From Clostridium sp. CAG:710 (GTDB lineage Bacteria; Bacillota_I; Bacilli_A; RF39; UBA660): 64,000 nucleotides of DNA. The notes beneath the pieces are model-generated. The model saw only the letters and a list, made by a program, of their open reading frames with translations, searched no databases and was not told the DNA's origin. Shown here one piece after another: positions 59,876-64,000 of this stretch. Both the position numbers and the translations under genes were made by a program. The stretch's first letter is position 1; each line of letters begins with the position of its first letter. The DNA is taken from positions 116 to 64,115 of the forward strand of contig HF996865.1 in assembly GCA_000432595.1 (NCBI GenBank). Direction: 5' to 3'.

Positions 59876-61195
59876 TTATGGATTTAATCTATTAGGGCCT
59901 CTAAATATAAACATAGACTCTTTAAGTGATGGAAGACCTAAAAGTAACATAGTAAGTCTATCCACTCCAAGTCCAAATCCACCATGTGGAGGACATCCAT
60001 ATTTGAAGAACTCTAAATAGAACTTAACGTCTTTATCAAGCCCCTTTTCACGCGCTTGTTCACATAATACATCATATCTATGTTCCCTTTGTGCACCAGT
60101 AGTTATTTCTACCCCTCTCCAAATAAGATCATATCCTTGTGGAATATCATTTTTCCTTAAATGATAGAATGCACGTTTATTCTTTGGATAATCAGTAACA
60201 AATAAGAACTCACTATTATGTACTTCCATTGAATACTTAAAAGATAATTTTTCAGCTTCAGTAGTCAAATCAACCTTAGCATCTTCACTAACTTTATATC
60301 CATAGCGATTTTCTAATTCATCATATAAATCATGTAATTTAATTCTAGGAAATTTACCAGTTGGCACAATTACTTCTTGTCCATACTCTTCTTTTATTAA
60401 TTCCCCATAAGAATCTTTTACCTTACCTAATGCATAAGTTAAAAGTTCTTCTTCCATACACATAACATCTTCAACTGAATCAATATAACTAAATTCTAGG
60501 TCAAATCCAGTAAATTCTGTAGTATGCCTATTTGTATTGGAATTCTCGGCTCTAAACACAGGACCAACCTCAAATATTCTATCAAGTCCTGCAGACATAG
60601 CCATTTGTTTATAGAATTGTGGAGACTGTGCAAGATATGCAAGACGATCAAAATATTTAACCTCAAATACTTCACTACCAGACTCACTAGCAGCACCAAT
60701 TAATTTTGGTGTATGAATTTCCATAAAGTTTTTACTATAAAGAAATTCTCTCATTGCTTCTACAAATTTAGATTGAATTCTAAATATATCAGCATTATAT
60801 GGATTTCTTAAATCTAGCCATCTGTTGTCGAGTCTAGCATCTATTAAACTAGCATCTTTATCTTTAATATTAATTGGAAGTTCACTTTCTAATGCTTTAG
60901 AAGTAACTACGATACTGGATGGAATTATTTCCTTACCACCAAGTTTAACTTTTGGACTTTCTAATATCTTACCAATAACTTTAACTGTACTCTCATTGTT
61001 AAGCGAAGATATAATATCAATCATTTCCTTATTAGATTCTTCACTTTTTTCTATAGTAACTTGTACTTTACCAGTATTATCTCTTATTATAACAAAGGCT
61101 ACCCATTGAAGGTTTCTTATATTTTCAACAAATCCTTGTACCTCTACTTCTTCATTAAAATGTTTTTCTAAATCCTTTATGTATACTCTATTCAT
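59876..61195 (-). CDS. aspS: aspartate--tRNA ligase, short archaeal/type-2 form
   Basis: 439 aa. LAQSPQFYKQ, GPVFRAENSNTNRH, GGFGLGVDRL and a C-terminal FRGPNRLNP. Lies downstream of hisS as in the Firmicutes hisS-aspS operon. AsnRS is not fully excluded. Confidence 0.75.
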   Translation of the reverse strand: MNRVYIKDLEKHFNEEVEVQGFVENIRNLQWVAFVIIRDNTGKVQVTIEKSEESNKEMIDIISSLNNESTVKVIGKILESPKVKLGGKEIIPSSIVVTSKALESELPINIKDKDASLIDARLDNRWLDLRNPYNADIFRIQSKFVEAMREFLYSKNFMEIHTPKLIGAASESGSEVFEVKYFDRLAYLAQSPQFYKQMAMSAGLDRIFEVGPVFRAENSNTNRHTTEFTGFDLEFSYIDSVEDVMCMEEELLTYALGKVKDSYGELIKEEYGQEVIVPTGKFPRIKLHDLYDELENRYGYKVSEDAKVDLTTEAEKLSFKYSMEVHNSEFLFVTDYPKNKRAFYHLRKNDIPQGYDLIWRGVEITTGAQREHRYDVLCEQAREKGLDKDVKFYLEFFKYGCPPHGGFGLGVDRLTMLLLGLPSLKESMFIFRGPNRLNP

Positions 61196-61197
61196 TT

Positions 61198-62553
61198 TTA
61201 CTCCTCCATATCATCATCATGACAACAACAAGTAGAAGAATCATGGTGAGTATCACATCCACAATCACACTCTTCATCATCATCTTCTTGTAGATGTTCA
61301 TCTAAATAATACATTATATAATCAACACCAACTAGTTCTTCCTCTTTAGTTTTATTATTTTTTATTTTTACTTCATCATGTGATAAATCATCATCATTTA
61401 AAATTATTAAGAATTTACTTTTTAATCTATCAGCTTGTTTAAATTGTGCCTTAAGTCCTCTTCCATTATACTCAGTTTCAGCTCTAAATCCATTCATTCT
61501 AAGCATTTGAACAAGACTTGCCGCATACATTTTTTCAGTATCCGAAACATACATAACAAAAGCCTCAATATCATCTACTATAGGAAGACTTATATGTTCA
61601 AGTTCCAATGCCATCATAAGACGTCCCATGCCAAGCCCAAATCCAATACCAGGAGTAGATGGTCCATCTAATAATTCTACTAAACCATTATATCTACCTC
61701 CACCTGCTAAAACGTTGTTAGTTCCAAATCCATCAACATGAGCTTCTATTTCAAAAACAGTATGACTATAATAATCAAGTCCTCTAACAACACCAGGATC
61801 TACTTCATAATCAATTTCAAGTTCAGACAAATAAGCTTTTACTTTATCAAATCTTTCACGTGATACATCATTTAAATAATCAATTGTACGAGGTGCAGTT
61901 TTTAATGCAATATGTTCTTTATCAAATTTACAATCAAGAATTCTCATTGGATTCTTTTTATATCTTTCCTGACAATCAGGACATAACTCATTAATATATT
62001 TAGAAAAATGTTCAACAAGTGCATCCCTATACATATTACGAGATTCAATATCCCCTAAAGTATTAATTTTAACTTTAACCTCTTTAAGTCCTAACAGCTT
62101 AAATAAATTAACAGGTATTGAAATAACTTCAGCATCAATAATAGGATCATCACTTCCAAGAACCTCAACACCAAATTGTGTAAGTTCTCTATCTCTTCCA
62201 GATTGTGGTCTCTCATATCTATACATTGTACCATTATAATATAATTTTATAGGTTGAGTAGCATCACCATACATTTTATTTTCAACAAAGCTTCTTACAA
62301 TTCCCGCAGTTCCTTCAGGTCTTAAGGTCATTGACCTATCTCCTCTATCTTTAAAATCATAAGTTTCTTTTGAAACTATATCAGTTGTTTCTCCTACACC
62401 TCTATGAAAAACTTCACTCGATTCAAATATTGGTGTACGAATAAAATTATAATTATATTTTTCCATTAAAGAATCTATAACTTTAGATACATATTGCCAT
62501 CTCTTAGCTTCATAACCATAGATATCATGACAACCTTTAGGTTTTATTATCAT
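61198..62553 (-). CDS. hisS: histidine--tRNA ligase with a C-terminal Cys/His/Asp-rich extension
   Basis: Class II motifs (LRPEGTAG, YRYERPQSGRDREL, AGGGRYNGL, GFGLGMGRL). An extra tail reads EDDDEECDCGCDTHHDSSTCCCHDDDMEE. Confidence 0.95.
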   Translation of the reverse strand: MIIKPKGCHDIYGYEAKRWQYVSKVIDSLMEKYNYNFIRTPIFESSEVFHRGVGETTDIVSKETYDFKDRGDRSMTLRPEGTAGIVRSFVENKMYGDATQPIKLYYNGTMYRYERPQSGRDRELTQFGVEVLGSDDPIIDAEVISIPVNLFKLLGLKEVKVKINTLGDIESRNMYRDALVEHFSKYINELCPDCQERYKKNPMRILDCKFDKEHIALKTAPRTIDYLNDVSRERFDKVKAYLSELEIDYEVDPGVVRGLDYYSHTVFEIEAHVDGFGTNNVLAGGGRYNGLVELLDGPSTPGIGFGLGMGRLMMALELEHISLPIVDDIEAFVMYVSDTEKMYAASLVQMLRMNGFRAETEYNGRGLKAQFKQADRLKSKFLIILNDDDLSHDEVKIKNNKTKEEELVGVDYIMYYLDEHLQEDDDEECDCGCDTHHDSSTCCCHDDDMEE

Positions 62554-62616
62554 AAATTCCCCTCCTCATATAAACATATTATATATTTAAAAGCCTTATT
62601 TGTCCATTATTAAAAG

Positions 62617-62639
62617 AAAAAAGTAACTATACTAGTTAC
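62617..62639 (-). terminator. terminator overlapping the hpt stop codon
   Basis: GTAACTA-N3-TAGTTAC hairpin followed by TTTTTTCTTTT on the minus strand. Confidence 0.6.
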
Positions 62640-63174
62640 CTTTAAACTGTTTAACTTTAACTATAAAAGGCTTATTTCTTTCATGCTCCTTATAATCAAG
62701 TCCATATCCTGCGACAAACACATCTTCTATATCAAAACCAATATAATTAGGTTCAATATCAAATTCTCTTCTAGATGGTTTATTTAATAGTGTACAAAGC
62801 TTAATAGATTTTGGCCTTTCTTCACTTATAATTCTATTTTTAATATAGTCAAGTGTTCTACCAGAATCAATAATATCATCCACTATTAAAACATTTTTAT
62901 CACATACTGAGTCCCTTAACCATTTCTTAGGTATAACCTCACCCATTGATGAAGTATTATTACCATAACTAGATACATCTATATAGTCAACTACAACAGG
63001 AGTAGATTTTAACTCCAACATTAAACTACAAGCAAATATCATTCCACCCTTTAACACCGGAACTACAACAACTTCCTCACCACTATAATCATAATCAATT
63101 TTAGCTGCAAGCTCACCTATTCTAGTTTCAATTTCATCTTTACCTATTAACGTTTCAAACATTTCTTTTTCCAT
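62632..63174 (-). CDS. hpt: hypoxanthine phosphoribosyltransferase
   Basis: PRPP-binding motif VLIVDDIIDSGRT, plus KGGMIF and VAGYGLDY. Confidence 0.92.
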   Translation of the reverse strand: MEKEMFETLIGKDEIETRIGELAAKIDYDYSGEEVVVVPVLKGGMIFACSLMLELKSTPVVVDYIDVSSYGNNTSSMGEVIPKKWLRDSVCDKNVLIVDDIIDSGRTLDYIKNRIISEERPKSIKLCTLLNKPSRREFDIEPNYIGFDIEDVFVAGYGLDYKEHERNKPFIVKVKQFKGN

Positions 63175-63293
63175 AACAAACCTCCCATAATTACATTCTA
63201 CAGCAATAAATATATCATTTCAAGGAAATACCCATATAACTTTGTTATCTTAAAAATAAAAGTTTGTTATAAGAAAAAGATTAGATTATATCT

Positions 63294-63319
63294 AAAAAAG
63301 AATCAAATTATTTGATTCT
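63294..63319 (-). terminator. terminator after the LRR protein gene
   Basis: Perfect AGAATCAAA-TTA-TTTGATTCT hairpin followed by a T-run on the minus strand. Confidence 0.7.
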
Positions 63320-63326
63320 AATTTAA

Positions 63327-64000
63327 TTATCTTTCGTATACTACTGTTATATTATCATTTGTACCAGCTGGCCAATTACTTAAATCTGTTGGCGTAGTAA
63401 GTGTAAGATTAATTGGATTTGAATTTCCCCAAAAAACCGAGCTATCCATATACTTTAATTTAGAATTTGCTTCAAATGAAACAGTAGTTAAGTTGTTATA
63501 TGCAAAAGCATGATAACCAATATATTCAACTGATTTTGGAATTATTACATTAGATAATTTATTTCTTCCAAAGGCACCTTCATCATAATCATTTCTTTCA
63601 TCTCCATATATTGCGATTAGATGAGAATCTTTTTCAAATTTTAGTGATGCAATATTCCCTTGCCCTAAGTGCTTTGCCGCAAAGGCATTTTCACCTATTC
63701 TAACAACTGATGATGGAATTACAACCGATGTCAAAGATTTGCCTTGAAATGCATTATTACCAATAGCTTTTAATGTTTTAGGAAAAACAATAGACTCTAT
63801 AGAAGCGGGTCCTGGAAAAATGACTTCTGTTATTGAATTGCTAGGAAATATAACTTCTTTTGCACAAGGCAAATCTATAGTTTTAATGTTTGGGGGAAGT
63901 ATAACTTTTGAAATAAGTTGCCCTGAATCATCTGAAGTCAACATAACTGTTGCATAAGAAGATAATTCTTCAATATATATAGCTTGAGAAAAATCAAGCG
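63327..64000 (-). CDS. BspA-like leucine-rich repeat (LRR_5) surface protein, C-terminal part (5' end outside the window)
   Basis: Repeats such as IGNNAFQGKSLTSVVIPSSVVRIGENAFA and VEYIGYHAFAYNNLTTVSF. The frame stays open upstream of the ATG at 63944 to the window edge. Confidence 0.7.
   Translation of the reverse strand, partial: LDFSQAIYIEELSSYATVMLTSDDSGQLISKVILPPNIKTIDLPCAKEVIFPSNSITEVIFPGPASIESIVFPKTLKAIGNNAFQGKSLTSVVIPSSVVRIGENAFAAKHLGQGNIASLKFEKDSHLIAIYGDERNDYDEGAFGRNKLSNVIIPKSVEYIGYHAFAYNNLTTVSFEANSKLKYMDSSVFWGNSNPINLTLTTPTDLSNWPAGTNDNITVVYER

Noticed and set aside
24120-61293. A recurring CDC tripeptide in the candidate precursor (DCDC), the HisRS tail (ECDCGCD) and the C-terminus of the 58515-59768 protein (PCDC). 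This suggested possible shared substrates of the rSAM enzyme.
   Set aside because: CDC also occurs internally in an unrelated TagB-like protein (PRCDCFF, 38236-39405), so the motif is not specific. Three short matches in Cys/Asp-rich segments are within chance.
646-61671. About 25 ORFs in the six-frame track that lie inside or antisense to larger genes: 646-882, 5106-5291, 8039-8263, 9352-9552, 16514-16873, 18324-18854, 19637-19858, 20789-20989, 20913-21131, 24972-25160, 26222-26446, 30875-31057, 34824-35006, 41392-41640, 42744-43073, 43948-44175, 44129-44353, 44581-44880, 45035-45229, 46257-46547, 51500-51745, 51821-52162, 56831-57040, 58592-58813, 60496-60699, 60825-61109, 61435-61671.
   Set aside because: Each overlaps a longer ORF that has clear family motifs. 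Their translations are low-complexity (Ile/Leu/Ser/Phe-rich) and lack an RBS, as expected for shadow frames in AT-rich DNA.
62554-62631. A T-box or other riboswitch leader upstream of hisS. Riboswitches were also looked for upstream of queA/queH (preQ1) and mtnN (SAM).
   Set aside because: The intergenic spaces are far too short: 78 nt before hisS, and 2-10 nt before queH and queA. No conserved specifier or T-box motifs were seen.
1-64000. CRISPR arrays, tRNA/rRNA genes, IS elements, transposases and integrases.
   Set aside because: None found. All non-coding gaps are under 365 nt and contain only promoters and terminators. The only repeat with mobile-element character is the 30-bp pair flanking the Abi gene.

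Overview
Very AT-rich, gene-dense window. All but three genes (serpin, tmcAL, one alpha/beta hydrolase) lie on the minus strand, which fits a low-GC Bacillota chromosome, probably a Clostridia- or Erysipelotrichia-like anaerobe; that assignment is inference from gene content such as PPDK, QueH, radical SAM and AddAB. I saw no rRNA, tRNA, CRISPR array, transposase or integrase. Contents in coordinate order: (1) a housekeeping block with an MBL hydrolase, GHL10 hydrolase, queA, ruvB, a HAD nucleotidase, tdk, ruvA, a membrane-anchored serpin, a CBS-type family II pyrophosphatase, addA/addB, queH, an atypical ClpX-like AAA+ ATPase, rpmF/yceD and tmcAL. (2) A roughly 17-kb wall teichoic acid and cell-surface glycopolymer locus (22.4-39.4 kb). 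It holds tagGH, GtrA, a GT2, two GT-C-like membrane proteins including YfhO, a PIG-L deacetylase, four CDP-glycerol glycerophosphotransferase-type domains and a TarI-like cytidylyltransferase. (3) yebC followed by a Tad-type pilus assembly operon. (4) mtnN, ybaK and a two-component system next to a MacB/FtsX-type ABC transporter. (5) ppdK, tspO, aspS (archaeal type), hisS, hpt and a partial BspA-like LRR protein. The best candidate for an undescribed system is at 24.1-25.8 kb. There a GNAT acetyltransferase is fused to a radical SAM/SPASM maturase, and its stop codon overlaps (ATGA) the start of an unannotated 49-aa ORF. That ORF has an Asp/Cys-rich C-terminus (DLDCDCVDGDCSTDGYES) carrying CX3D/CX2D motifs like those of ranthipeptide-type RiPPs. 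The cassette sits inside the teichoic acid locus. Second is a 1.4-kb cassette carrying an Abi_2-type abortive-infection gene, bounded by 30-bp direct repeats that duplicate the last codons, stop codon and 3 nt of downstream flank of ppdK. The displaced copy still has a terminator hairpin behind it. Other points worth a look are the ClpX paralogue with a non-zinc-finger N-domain, a Cys/His/Asp-rich tail on HisRS, an 11-bp-phased direct repeat upstream of the ABC operon, and a Tad locus with no visible pilin or prepilin peptidase.
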